DNA from: a virus
Length of the DNA: 64,000 nt
Direction: 5' to 3' (one strand)
Virus record (IMG/VR): IMGVR_UViG_3300032516_000014
Span: 1-64,000 of that record
In this document: positions 39,721-49,561 of the stretch, piece after piece
Position numbering within the stretch: the first letter of the stretch is position 1
Layout of the letters: every line of letters starts with the position of its first letter
Notes under the pieces: model-generated
What the model saw: the letters and a program-made list of their open reading frames with translations, nothing else
What the model was told of the DNA's origin: nothing
Database searches by the model: none
Made by a program: the position numbers and the translations under genes

Positions 39721-40467
39721 TTACGTCAACGGCTTGATCAACACTTTCACATTCGCGTCCTGCGCGCCGTCCTGCGCAGATTCAAACATCGTCTTCACCC
39801 TCGCCACGACCGAGGCTTCCAGGCCCGATTGATCAAGCGCCTTCGTAAACGCTTTGCCGCCCGCAACCACTTGACCCACCGCTTTAGAAAGCACTGCGCC
39901 GCTCGCCCGGCCCGCACTCGCAACCAAACAGGCCCCGGCACCCACTGGTGGATAAGCGACCCCGAGAATCTTGATTCCCGTCCACACCACCAGCCCCAGC
40001 ACGAACATCCCGCCGACCCAAACCAGATACGGCACCTGCAACCAGCCCGTGCCCTCGATCGTCTTGCCGACCATCGGCTCGATCTTGCGCCGATACTCCT
40101 CCACCCGGCGGTCCAGGCGGCCCGAGATCGCGTCCAGCCGGGCCGATAACGCATCTGCGGTAGCTTTCCACTGCGCCTCCGGCGGTCCGACACTCAGCGC
40201 TACCGATCGCGTCAACCCTGCGGTTTCCTTCGCCGGCACCAACACTGTCGAAGACGACCCTTCCAGCGTCGCAGCCAAGACTGTTTGCTCCGCTTTCCTG
40301 GAGGCGAGATCGGCGGCCTGTTTGAACACTTCCTGGTCTGCCACCGAGGCTTCAGGCACCGGCTTCACCTTTTTCGCCCCAAGCTCTACGGGCTTAGGGA
40401 GTAAACTGCACCCCGCGCACAGCAGTATTGTCAGAAAAACATACCACTTTTTGTGACAATACTTCAC
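39721..40467 (-). CDS. Lipoprotein with internal transmembrane segment, spanin candidate
   Basis: Signal peptide with lipobox CAGC; TM YLVWVGGMFVLGLVVWTGI. Confidence 0.55.
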   Translation of the reverse strand: MKYCHKKWYVFLTILLCAGCSLLPKPVELGAKKVKPVPEASVADQEVFKQAADLASRKAEQTVLAATLEGSSSTVLVPAKETAGLTRSVALSVGPPEAQWKATADALSARLDAISGRLDRRVEEYRRKIEPMVGKTIEGTGWLQVPYLVWVGGMFVLGLVVWTGIKILGVAYPPVGAGACLVASAGRASGAVLSKAVGQVVAGGKAFTKALDQSGLEASVVARVKTMFESAQDGAQDANVKVLIKPLT

Positions 40468-40856
40468 GCCTCGATTTCCTTGGAAAACTTCACGATTCGC
40501 GCCAGCTCAGCCTCGGACATCTTGCTAATCGGGCACTCTTCAAGCAAAGCGCGCTTACCGTTATCTTCTTTCGACAACTTCTCCAAGATCTCCGCCGGCT
40601 CCAGCCGGTTTAGCGGGCACAACTGGATCAGCCGCTCCTTGCGGTATCGCTCGCGCGCCTGGCCAAGTTTCACCGCCACGTAAAGCGCGGTCACAATCGC
40701 CGCAATGATCTGGAACAGCACCAGCGTATCGTGCAACAAGAAGTTCGTTCCTGGCACTGCGGTAATCGCAGCCCGGCTAGTCACTTCGCCGCCGACATTC
40801 ACCGCCACCAGCCCGAAAACCTTAATCATTTCTGGAGTCAAAATATCAACCTTCAC
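40464..40856 (-). CDS. Small membrane protein, holin candidate
   Basis: TM LVLFQIIAAIVTALYVAV with charged C-terminus, adjacent to the lipoprotein. Confidence 0.45.
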   Translation of the reverse strand: MKVDILTPEMIKVFGLVAVNVGGEVTSRAAITAVPGTNFLLHDTLVLFQIIAAIVTALYVAVKLGQARERYRKERLIQLCPLNRLEPAEILEKLSKEDNGKRALLEECPISKMSEAELARIVKFSKEIEA

Positions 40857-40890
40857 GCCTTCGCACCCTCACGTCGTTATTGATCCTAAG

Positions 40891-41967
40891 TTATCCACCA
40901 TTACCCCCCGGCAAAGCCGAGTAACGGGGCCGCAAATACTGATAGAAAATCTGCCGATACGCTTCCGCCGAAAAATCCGTGGTCCACACGATCAACTCGG
41001 CCAGATCCATGTCCGTCGTCGAAGGTCCGCCCGCCCCCGTGTAGCCGATCCGTTGAAACGTCTCCACCTTGCCCACATTCGCGACATAGCCCCGGTTAAG
41101 GCCGGGACCTTCAAACTGAACCAGAGAACCCGCCGAAGTCTCCTCCGCGGTCTGGGACAATATACACGCCGCCCAAACATTCTGGCGGCCTTCAAAAGCT
41201 CCCCCCGGAGCACGCGCGTTGTTGTTGATCTTGCCGTCAAAGCAATAGTTGTCGTAGGTGCCAGCATTCAAAAACTTCAACGTCATGTAGAAATTCGTCG
41301 CGCCCGTTTCCCCCAGCACCACGCTAACCGCGGCACACCGCACCACAGCAAGAGCAGTCCAGTAAATCGGTGTGGTGCCTGCCGTGCCGTTCCTCAGAAT
41401 TATCGGATTCGGTCCATCGAGATACTTCTGGTTGCCACCGGCATTCCGGAAACGCACCGCGGAAGCCGTGCCCAGCGCATTAGCAACATAAACCGGCTGG
41501 TTAGCCGCCGTCGCTTGCACCCAATTGCCCCCCAGAGATCCTTCATTTGTCCACGAGGCAACAGGATCGGTATCGGCTAACACAAGCGAACTAGCCCGAA
41601 GCCAAACCACTGGCAGCGGCAACATGCTCGCAACATCAGTAATCAAACCAGGAACCGTCAACCCCGCCGCACCGTTGGCACCAGCAGCGCCGTTAGTACC
41701 GTTAGCACCAGGCGCACCGTTCGTGCCGTTGGTGCCGTTAGTGCCGGCTGCCCCAGGCAGACCGTTAGTGCCGTTGGTGCCGTTTGCACCGGGCGCCCCG
41801 TTCGCGCCGTTGGCGCCGTCAGCGCCGTCAGGACCAGCCGCACCATCAGGACCGGGAGCCCCGTCGGGCGCGCCAAGCTTCGAGAACGAACCCCCCGAGA
41901 TCTCTCGCAAAATCTTCGCCAAAAGAGCGTTCTTACCGTCCCCGGTCTGGTAAACCTCGCGACTCAT
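40891..41967 (-). CDS. Collagen-like fibre with LamG/ConA-like head, paralog 3
   Basis: GAN/GTN repeats; WLRASSL..VASWTNEG…QP…AVRF…LAELIVW. Confidence 0.8.
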   Translation of the reverse strand: MSREVYQTGDGKNALLAKILREISGGSFSKLGAPDGAPGPDGAAGPDGADGANGANGAPGANGTNGTNGLPGAAGTNGTNGTNGAPGANGTNGAAGANGAAGLTVPGLITDVASMLPLPVVWLRASSLVLADTDPVASWTNEGSLGGNWVQATAANQPVYVANALGTASAVRFRNAGGNQKYLDGPNPIILRNGTAGTTPIYWTALAVVRCAAVSVVLGETGATNFYMTLKFLNAGTYDNYCFDGKINNNARAPGGAFEGRQNVWAACILSQTAEETSAGSLVQFEGPGLNRGYVANVGKVETFQRIGYTGAGGPSTTDMDLAELIVWTTDFSAEAYRQIFYQYLRPRYSALPGGNGG

Positions 41968-43040
41968 AAACCATTACCTCCAGGCAACGCCGGGTAACGC
42001 GTCCGAAAATACCCGAAGAAAAGCTGGCGCAGAATATCGGTAGGCACGTCCGTCGTCCAGGCTATCAACTCCGCCAGGTGCATGTTCTCCAAAATCGCTT
42101 CCGTGCCGCCCCAACCCAGCCGGCCTACGTTCGCAAAACCACCGCCCCCCGAACCAAAACATCGCAGCAAGCCTGGTCCTTCGTAACTCGTCTCGTCTTT
42201 GGAAGAAGACGAAATGAATCCCGCGCGCTGATAAGTCAACATCGTCCACTCCCCGGCAGCGGCGTCATGATACTGATTTGCAAAACTAGGACCACTCGTC
42301 AAATAAGTCGATAACGCGACTCTGTTTGACGCCGTGACATTCGTCACAAACCCGATTCGATTCGTGCTAGTCGTCCCCGTCTGTTGTCCAAGCAAAATGG
42401 TCGCATTCGACGCTTTCATTATCGCGATCACCGTGCAATACAAAGGCGATTGCCCCGACCCGGACCCCAGTAACGTCAAAGTCGCCGGAGCGTCCAGATA
42501 CCGATGCACCGTATTGCCCGCATCATACAAAAACTTCACCGCCGGCTTCGTGCCAATGGCATTCGTTACGTATTCGGGTTGCTTGCCAGCGGTAGCCTGC
42601 ACCCAATTTCCTCCAGCAGAACCTTCATTTGTCCACGAAGCAACCAGGTCCCCGTTATTCAAAACCAAAGAATCGGCTTTGAACCAAATCAAAGGAAGAG
42701 GCAAAAAGTCAGCGATGGCGATAACCGATCCCGTCGCCTGATTACCGTTGCTGCCGTTAGCGCCGGGCAAACCGTTCGAGCCGGCTGCGCCATTCGTGCC
42801 GTTGGTGCCGTTAGTGCCGTTTGCCCCAGGCGCACCGTTCGAGCCGTTAGTGCCATTGGTGCCGTTTGCACCGGGCGCCCCGTTCGCGCCGTTGGCGCCG
42901 TCAGCGCCGTCAGGACCAGCCGCACCATCAGGACCGGGAGCCCCAGAGATTCCAGAAAAAGACCCCGCGAGAACGGAATTCAAAATCTTCCGCAACAGCG
43001 GATTGTTCGCGTCTCCGGTCTTGTAGGTCTGATCGCTCAC
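41964..43040 (-). CDS. Collagen-like fibre with LamG/ConA-like head, paralog 2
   Basis: Same architecture as its neighbours. Confidence 0.8.
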   Translation of the reverse strand: MSDQTYKTGDANNPLLRKILNSVLAGSFSGISGAPGPDGAAGPDGADGANGANGAPGANGTNGTNGSNGAPGANGTNGTNGTNGAAGSNGLPGANGSNGNQATGSVIAIADFLPLPLIWFKADSLVLNNGDLVASWTNEGSAGGNWVQATAGKQPEYVTNAIGTKPAVKFLYDAGNTVHRYLDAPATLTLLGSGSGQSPLYCTVIAIMKASNATILLGQQTGTTSTNRIGFVTNVTASNRVALSTYLTSGPSFANQYHDAAAGEWTMLTYQRAGFISSSSKDETSYEGPGLLRCFGSGGGGFANVGRLGWGGTEAILENMHLAELIAWTTDVPTDILRQLFFGYFRTRYPALPGGNGL

Positions 43041-44083
43041 ACGCCGTTTCCTCCCTTGACTGACGGAAACTTCCCCCGGATATATCCATAGAAAATCTGG
43101 CGCATCGCACTTTCATCAAGATCAAGCGACCACGCCATCAACTCGCACAAATCAAAATTCTCATTGATGCTCACCGCGCCGGAATACCCCATCCGCTGAG
43201 GCAAGAATCCAAACGCATCTCCTACGCGCCCTCGCACAAGCCCCGGCCCTTCATACACCACGTCTTGAAACGCTTTGCGCGTTATTCCGATCATCGCAAA
43301 GTCGCCAAACCGAGTTTCACACCACGACGGGGCCGAATAAGCACTCGTCTGGAGGTAATAGTTCAACGAGTAATTGTTTAAGGCACCCACGCCGTTAATC
43401 GTCAACCGATCCGCAACACCACTTGCCCCCGCCAATCCTAACACCTGGCTTTGCGCCAAGGCGCAGATAACCAAAATTATGGTTGCATTCTTCGGCAAGG
43501 TCCCGGTCGTATTGTGAAGCAACGTCACGGCTGCTCCCGCGTCCAGATATTTGTGGTTCGGATTCGCGTATCGAAATCGAACCGCGGATTGAATGCCTAG
43601 TGCATTCGTGATATACGTCGGCTTGTTATTCGCCGTAGCCTGCACCCAGTTTCCCCCGACCGAGCCCTCGTTGGTCCACGAAGCAACGGGGTCATTATTG
43701 TTCAACACAAGCGAACTCGCCTTGAACCAAATCAACGGAGTGGGCAACACGTCCGTCAACGTCTCAATTCTTCCAGGAGCCGGAGCTCCCGCCGCACCGT
43801 CAGAACCAGGAGCCCCGTTCGAGCCGGCTGCCCCGTCAGTGCCATTGGTGCCATTGGTGCCGTTTGCCCCAGGCGCACCGTTCGTGCCATTGGTACCGTT
43901 GGTGCCGTTTGCACCGGGCGCCCCGTTCGTGCCATTCGAGCCGTCAGAACCAGCGCTGCCGTCAGGACCCGGCGCACCGTCAGGACCCGCCACACCCGCA
44001 AAAGAACCTTCGTTCAACGCTGTTGCCACTTTTCGCAGCAACCTGTTGTCGGAATCACCAGTCTTTGGGACGTTATCGCTCAT
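43037..44083 (-). CDS. Collagen-like fibre with LamG/ConA-like head, paralog 1
   Basis: Same architecture as its neighbours. Confidence 0.8.
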   Translation of the reverse strand: MSDNVPKTGDSDNRLLRKVATALNEGSFAGVAGPDGAPGPDGSAGSDGSNGTNGAPGANGTNGTNGTNGAPGANGTNGTNGTDGAAGSNGAPGSDGAAGAPAPGRIETLTDVLPTPLIWFKASSLVLNNNDPVASWTNEGSVGGNWVQATANNKPTYITNALGIQSAVRFRYANPNHKYLDAGAAVTLLHNTTGTLPKNATIILVICALAQSQVLGLAGASGVADRLTINGVGALNNYSLNYYLQTSAYSAPSWCETRFGDFAMIGITRKAFQDVVYEGPGLVRGRVGDAFGFLPQRMGYSGAVSINENFDLCELMAWSLDLDESAMRQIFYGYIRGKFPSVKGGNGV

Positions 44084-44250
44084 TCTGCGTCACCTAAAAG
44101 CTGCAACCACTTCCGCAAAAGCACGTTTTCGCCATCGCTATCAAACGCCTGCCGGCTCACCGGAGCGCTGGGAATCACGGCCCTCAATCGCTCGACAATC
44201 TTCCGGAGCAACTGCTGGTCTGAATCGCCTGTTTTTACCTGCGTGTCCAT
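44080..44250 (-). CDS. 56-aa protein made of two GD-x4-LLRK-like motifs, missing from the ORF track
   Basis: Hand translation MDTQVKTGDSDQQLLRKIVERLRAVIPSAPVSRQAFDSDGENVLLRKWLQLLGDAE; stop overlaps ATG 44083. Confidence 0.8.
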   Translation of the reverse strand: MDTQVKTGDSDQQLLRKIVERLRAVIPSAPVSRQAFDSDGENVLLRKWLQLLGDAE

Positions 44251-44254
44251 TCGA

Positions 44255-44340
44255 GAAAGGCCGCCAGAGTTGACTCTAAAGTCTTCTCCGGCGGCCAGTG
44301 AAGCGGCGCGCAGGAATCAACACCAGGGGAGCGCGCCGCG
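44255..44340 (-). terminator. Two tandem GC-rich hairpins downstream of the major capsid gene (leaky terminator or mRNA stabiliser)
   Basis: GCGGCGCGC…GCGCGCCGC, then GGCCGCCGGAG…CTCTGGCGGCC-TTTCT. Confidence 0.6.
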
Positions 44341-44345
44341 TTAGC

Positions 44346-45611
44346 TTAGAGCTGGCTAACGTGCCCGCCTTGGCCCGTCAGCGGGAGCGAGGAAGTCACG
44401 GTGCAGGGTTCGAGGCCGAGATCCGCCGTGCAGCGCTGATACAGGATCGGGATCTCGTGCTGCGGCCGAATGGGCCGATACGCACGGGTGATCTGATACT
44501 TGTGCCAGCCGAAGTCACCGAACGGATTGCAATCGTTATCGATCACATAGTGCCAATCGAGCTCGCCCATGTGCAACTGGGGCGCGAACTTGAACGTGCC
44601 TTCGCCCACATACTTCTCGGGCACCTGGCGCTCGTAACTGCCATCGGCGAAGAGGAAGCCCACTTCCCACGCACCGCGCAACCACGAAGGATTGTGCTTG
44701 CTGTAGGCAGTGTTCTTCGCCGCGTTGATGATGGTGATCACGGGGTCGATCAAGTTCAGTGTGCCGTCTGGCAGGAAGCCAGAAGCGCGCAAAGAACGCT
44801 GGTCAATGCCGAACGCGATGCCGCGGTAAGCCGGGGCAGTCTCGAACGAGTAACCCTGGAGGCCCTCGCCCCCAACCTCGTAACGACCCGCTTCGGCCCA
44901 CAGGAGGACTTCCTTGACACCGAGCTCCTGGCGGAACAGTTCAATTGCGGCATCGCTGCCGATGAACTTGAAGTGCGGCTGGCCTTTGTCGCTGGCAGGG
45001 AACATCTCCGCGAACAGCGCTTCTTTCAAGAAGCGAGCCACGGTATGCAGAGCCTTGAACGACAACGGACCCGTCGGCGCGACCGGCGCGAACAGAATAC
45101 CGACATCGGGCTCATACCCACCAGTGAAAAGATCCTCGAACGCGTAACCCGCAGCCGCCACGAACTTGCTGGCGCTGTTCAGGTAGAGCTGGGCGCGCAC
45201 ATCGGAGTTGATGTATTGCGTGATCAGCTTCGCCAGAGCATCTTCAGCAGTCAGGTAAGACTGTTTGAACGCGGCGTAGCCTTGCTTGACGCACACCCGA
45301 GGACCGAAACCACGCTTGGATTTCAGTCGGTAGGTGAATTCCACGGTGCCTGTCTTGTCCTGCAAGCCAGTCGTGCCGCAAATCTGCGTGTCGTTGACAA
45401 ACGTCGGAATGGCGAGGGAATCGCCAGGAGCCGCCGGCATCTGGACCGCAGACCGAACTTCATCAGACACCCCGCTCGGGAACGTGCCGCCCCGGAGAAT
45501 GTTGATGTAAGGAGAGTTGACCGCAAGTGCCTTTGCCACGGTGCCGACAAGACGTTGAGTGTCCTTCAGCGCGATGTCACTGGCCTGTGCTGGAGAGATG
45601 CAATCGCCCAT
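44346..45611 (-). CDS. Major capsid protein
   Basis: About 420 aa, strong codon bias, AAGAAAGG RBS before ATG 45611, downstream hairpins, follows portal and scaffold; assignment is mainly positional. Confidence 0.7.
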   Translation of the reverse strand: MGDCISPAQASDIALKDTQRLVGTVAKALAVNSPYINILRGGTFPSGVSDEVRSAVQMPAAPGDSLAIPTFVNDTQICGTTGLQDKTGTVEFTYRLKSKRGFGPRVCVKQGYAAFKQSYLTAEDALAKLITQYINSDVRAQLYLNSASKFVAAAGYAFEDLFTGGYEPDVGILFAPVAPTGPLSFKALHTVARFLKEALFAEMFPASDKGQPHFKFIGSDAAIELFRQELGVKEVLLWAEAGRYEVGGEGLQGYSFETAPAYRGIAFGIDQRSLRASGFLPDGTLNLIDPVITIINAAKNTAYSKHNPSWLRGAWEVGFLFADGSYERQVPEKYVGEGTFKFAPQLHMGELDWHYVIDNDCNPFGDFGWHKYQITRAYRPIRPQHEIPILYQRCTADLGLEPCTVTSSLPLTGQGGHVSQL

Positions 45612-45761
45612 AATGGAACTGCCTTTCTTCGGGACTAACCCGAATACCGAGGGTTGCTTCAACTCCAGGCCAGCGGAGCTTAGGCCGATAGCCGCGAGGA
45701 ACAAACGCGGCCGAAAATTGAGTTCCGTTCTACCCCTACATTGCCGTTTTTCAGAAAATGG

Positions 45762-46505
45762 TCAAGCAACGTTGTCGAGTTGCCGTATCGGCACTTTGAA
45801 ATACCGCTCTTGAATCGTGCGCACCCCGGCGCCCGTTTTGCTCCCGTGATAGAACACCGCGCCTCCTTGCAACAACACGTCGAGCAACCCGTGAGTGAAC
45901 ACTGGACCGCGCCAAAAGCTACGTATGCGCACCGAGTCGGCCTGACCCCACTTCTGGAACGTCTTCGCCATCGCCACGTCCCAGCCGCACCGCGCATCGC
46001 AACCCCCAATCTTCACGATCTCGCGCATGAACGGCTCCGAACACGAGAACATCGCGTTGCCGTTGATGTGATGCACCACATACTGCGTGGTCAAATGGCC
46101 CAGCACGCAAACTCCCTTCCGGTCCCACTCCTCCAACAGCTTATCCGTCCAACCGGGACAGAGCGGTATCGAGTCTCCCTCCGTCGTCAGCACCGCATCG
46201 TATTTCGGCCACAATCCGGCCACCAAACGCTCGTAAATGAAGCTCATGGTGTCAAACCAGAGCTCGTTGGGTCCGAAAGGCCAGCCCTGCGCCCGGCGCC
46301 GGCCAATAAACTCATGCACGCCGAACTTGCGCGACACGTAAGCCACCACCTTCGGGTCCGGCTTGCAGTCAAACCGAGCCGCAAACAAGACATCGACGTT
46401 TTTGTTCAACTTCGGCTCCAGGTCCGCCCACAGCTTCGCAACCTGCATCGACAAAGGTTTGTCACCCTCGAAGAATTGCAACGCCAACAACAGCCGCGGG
46501 GTCAT
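45762..46505 (-). CDS. Glycosyltransferase-like protein, paralog of 46502-47239
   Basis: GWPFGPN, TEGDSIPL (ExD), HINGNAM, WD. Confidence 0.65.
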   Translation of the reverse strand: MTPRLLLALQFFEGDKPLSMQVAKLWADLEPKLNKNVDVLFAARFDCKPDPKVVAYVSRKFGVHEFIGRRRAQGWPFGPNELWFDTMSFIYERLVAGLWPKYDAVLTTEGDSIPLCPGWTDKLLEEWDRKGVCVLGHLTTQYVVHHINGNAMFSCSEPFMREIVKIGGCDARCGWDVAMAKTFQKWGQADSVRIRSFWRGPVFTHGLLDVLLQGGAVFYHGSKTGAGVRTIQERYFKVPIRQLDNVA

Positions 46506-47239
46506 GCCGCCCCCAGTCCGTAAAACGCGCGCACCGTCTGAAACCCAGCGTCCGACTTGATCCCGTGATACCACACCGCACCCCGGCCAACCAAAGACAC
46601 CAACAAATCCCGATCAAAAGTCGGGTGCCTCCAGTAGCTTCGGATCAGCTCCGTGTTCGCCCAGCCCCACGCCTCGAAGAACGGGGCCAGGGTAATGTCG
46701 AACCCCGCAAACTGCCACTTCGACCGATCCGCCAACCGCTCCAAGACTGCGCGCAAAAAGGGCTCCTCGCAACTCAGCATCGCGCTTCCGTTTATGTGCC
46801 GAGGATTCTCAATCAAGTGCCCCAACACGAAAACCCTCTTGCGCTCCCACTCTTCCAGCAGACGATCCGTCCACCCGCGCACCAAAGGAATGCTATCGGC
46901 CTCCGCCGGAAACACCGCCGCGTAGTCGCGCCTCTTGGGGCCTGACACCTGATAAATATGCGCGTAGGTCCACTGCAATACCGCCAACCAAACCCCCGTG
47001 CATCCACCAGGCCACCCTACCGCGCGCTGCCAGCCCCGCACGCTCGCCGTCCGAAACTTCCGCGACACGTAAGCTACCGTCGCTGGATCTGCCTCACAAT
47101 CGAACCGGGAGGCAAACAAAACCTCCGTGTTCTCGTTGAACAGCGGCTCCAGATCCGCCATGCACCGGGCCAGCTTCATCGCATGCTCCCGGTCGTCCGG
47201 GCAAAACTGCACTGCGACAAGCAGACGAGGAGCGCTCAT
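46502..47239 (-). CDS. Glycosyltransferase-like protein, paralog of 45762-46505
   Basis: GWPGGC, AEADSIPL, HINGSAM, FD. Confidence 0.65.
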   Translation of the reverse strand: MSAPRLLVAVQFCPDDREHAMKLARCMADLEPLFNENTEVLFASRFDCEADPATVAYVSRKFRTASVRGWQRAVGWPGGCTGVWLAVLQWTYAHIYQVSGPKRRDYAAVFPAEADSIPLVRGWTDRLLEEWERKRVFVLGHLIENPRHINGSAMLSCEEPFLRAVLERLADRSKWQFAGFDITLAPFFEAWGWANTELIRSYWRHPTFDRDLLVSLVGRGAVWYHGIKSDAGFQTVRAFYGLGAA

Positions 47240-48258
47240 AACGACTTCGGCCCAAAACAATACGTGCCCAGGTGCCCGAGCACCAAGCCCATGTCGATAA
47301 ACGGCTGGTGCCCCGCCTGGGCGGCGCGAATACAGAAAGTCACATCCTCGCCTTGCCCCAGGTAATTCGAGGCCCGCGACTGCTTCTTCCCTCTCTCCAA
47401 CAATGCCAGCGCCTCAGCCACTCGCACTAGCGGGTCTTTCCTGTCGTCCTCCAGCACCCCCTTCGCCGCTGCGGCCGCTTGAACGAGGTCATGCTCTGAC
47501 GGTGTAAAGAAGTTCCACGCCTCGTCGCCCCCTCGCGGCGCAAGCTCTGGAAACTTCGCCTGGATGTCCTCATAAACCGACCGGTGCACCAACAGGCAGC
47601 CGGTCGCGATCCAGCGAGTCGGTTTCACCGTGTCATGCGGTCCCGACCGCGCAAAGGCCTCCTCCGACTGGTTCGCGATCCCCTCGCAATACATCGGCTT
47701 GCCTCCAACGTGCCGCCCAAAATACAATCCGCCCACCACGGTTTTGTTGTGTTTCTTCAAACGGTTGATCGCGTGCAACCCGGCAAACTGCTCCGGGAAA
47801 TTGAAACCCGTCACACTGTTGAACCAGGTAGCATTCCCCCACGGCAACACCATGTCGTCGTCGATCCAAAGGCTCCAATCAAAGCCGGATTCAAGAAACT
47901 GCGTGGCCAGCGTGTTCCGAGAATGGATGATGAACGCATCGCCGAAATTCAGCATGACCGACATCTTGGCCCGGTCCAACAGCGCTGCGATCGAAAAAGA
48001 AGTCAACGGATTCGTGGCCTTGTAAAAAGGCAACAGCAGGGCGACATCCTTGCTGTCCCAGTTAGCCCGCTCGTTCTGCACGAGCTCAGCCATCAGCGGC
48101 GCTTTCACCACCCGCTCAATCGCAGACAACGAAATCGGCTTGGAGCCATTCTTCCACTGCCGCAAGAGCAGCTCTGAAACGCCGAAGAACGCCGCCGCTT
48201 CAGCAGCGTCCGCCATCCCGTCAATCTTGCGAATGACGCAATCCGTGAGGTAAGACAT
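47236..48258 (-). CDS. HTH domain fused to a GT2-like glycosyltransferase
   Basis: N-terminal AEAAAFFGVSELLLRQWKNG; SRNTLA, WIDDDM, ATGCLLVHR, GEDVTFC, LGH. Confidence 0.8.
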   Translation of the reverse strand: MSYLTDCVIRKIDGMADAAEAAAFFGVSELLLRQWKNGSKPISLSAIERVVKAPLMAELVQNERANWDSKDVALLLPFYKATNPLTSFSIAALLDRAKMSVMLNFGDAFIIHSRNTLATQFLESGFDWSLWIDDDMVLPWGNATWFNSVTGFNFPEQFAGLHAINRLKKHNKTVVGGLYFGRHVGGKPMYCEGIANQSEEAFARSGPHDTVKPTRWIATGCLLVHRSVYEDIQAKFPELAPRGGDEAWNFFTPSEHDLVQAAAAAKGVLEDDRKDPLVRVAEALALLERGKKQSRASNYLGQGEDVTFCIRAAQAGHQPFIDMGLVLGHLGTYCFGPKSL

Positions 48259-48262
48259 AGAC

Positions 48263-49543
48263 TTAGCTCCCGGTTTGCGACGCTCGCAGTGCGTCCAGGG
48301 CCGCATCCCCCCGCATCAGGATGCTCTGCCGAGGCGCGGGCGACTGCCCCGCTGGAGGAGCGTGCCCGGTTCGAGCCACCGAGGAAGACTTTTTGATCTT
48401 CTCCAGCTCCGTCTCCGCCTTGGTCGCACGCGCTTCCACTTCCTTGTAAGCCGCCGAAACGGCCTCCAGCTCCATCTTTCTGCGAAAGGCCTGCACAGTG
48501 CCCAGGATCAACAGCGCCTTCGTCTGCGGCGTGTTGTCGGTCAAGAAATCCTTGACCGCTCCCTGCATTTCGACGACGAACTTATTATGCTGCTCCGCAG
48601 AAACGCGCTCCTCCGGCTTTGCCGCTGCCGCTACCGCACGTGGCTTGAGCCATTCGAGCTGGGACAAATGCGCCTCCGTCGCCTTCTGCACGTCCGTCGC
48701 CCAGTGCGTGCGCTCCTGCTCCTGCACGTCCCTGCGCTGCTTCAGAAACACGTCGGCGTTCTGCTTCGCTTCTTCGAGCGCGCGCGCCTTCGCAATCCCC
48801 ACGCTCTCGATCTCGACCAACTTCGAGTCGATAAACCGTCGAGCTGCCGTTGGCAAGTGCTCCTGTAACGGGTCCCAATCCACCTTCGCCGGGCCGCCAA
48901 GATTCTTGATCTTGTCGATGTTCTCTTTCGACATCCCCACTTGCTCCAACTTCGTGTAAACCGCCTGCTCGGCGTCCACAACCTTCGTGTCAAAGTTAGT
49001 CTTGAAATAGTCGTCGGTTTGAACCAAGATAGTTTTCTCCAGCTTCGCCAGCCGGTCAAACTCCGCCTTCTGCTCCGGCGTCATGGCCTGGGAAGCCTTC
49101 GACTTCGCGTCCTCCAACGACTTCTGCGCCTCCGCGAGAGCTGCCTCCCGCTCTTGCAGCTTGGTCCGCGCAGCACTCTTCAGAGCCGCGAAACTTTCAG
49201 CAGTCTTGGGCTTGGTGTGCTGGGGCAATTGATACTCGTCCATCCAGTCAGGCGGTGATGCAGGAGGCGAACCCGGTGTAGGTGGGACAGGGGGAACGAC
49301 AGGAACGGGCGCCGTCGGAGGTTCGAGCGGAACGGGGGGCGCCGGAGGCGAGACTGGAACAACGGGCACTGGAGGTTCGGCCGGCTCGGGGAGTTCCACA
49401 GGCTCGACGGAAGGAGCGCCGCCGGCAGGGTCCGGCGTAACTTCGGCAAACAGCTTATCCAGCGCGTCGCCGCCACGACCGCTCTTGATGGAGGCCAGCG
49501 GAGTCGCAGTATTCGGATCAGGGGTTTTGACAGGATCAGGCAT
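48263..49543 (-). CDS. Probable capsid scaffolding protein
   Basis: Pro-rich N-terminus plus long coiled coil, between portal and capsid. Confidence 0.65.
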   Translation of the reverse strand: MPDPVKTPDPNTATPLASIKSGRGGDALDKLFAEVTPDPAGGAPSVEPVELPEPAEPPVPVVPVSPPAPPVPLEPPTAPVPVVPPVPPTPGSPPASPPDWMDEYQLPQHTKPKTAESFAALKSAARTKLQEREAALAEAQKSLEDAKSKASQAMTPEQKAEFDRLAKLEKTILVQTDDYFKTNFDTKVVDAEQAVYTKLEQVGMSKENIDKIKNLGGPAKVDWDPLQEHLPTAARRFIDSKLVEIESVGIAKARALEEAKQNADVFLKQRRDVQEQERTHWATDVQKATEAHLSQLEWLKPRAVAAAAKPEERVSAEQHNKFVVEMQGAVKDFLTDNTPQTKALLILGTVQAFRRKMELEAVSAAYKEVEARATKAETELEKIKKSSSVARTGHAPPAGQSPAPRQSILMRGDAALDALRASQTGS

Positions 49544-49561
49544 AGGCTTGACAGGTTAGAA

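Noticed and set aside
40891-44083. Diversity-generating retroelement acting on the lectin-like heads
   Set aside because: No reverse transcriptase and no template/variable repeat pair with adenine-specific differences seen
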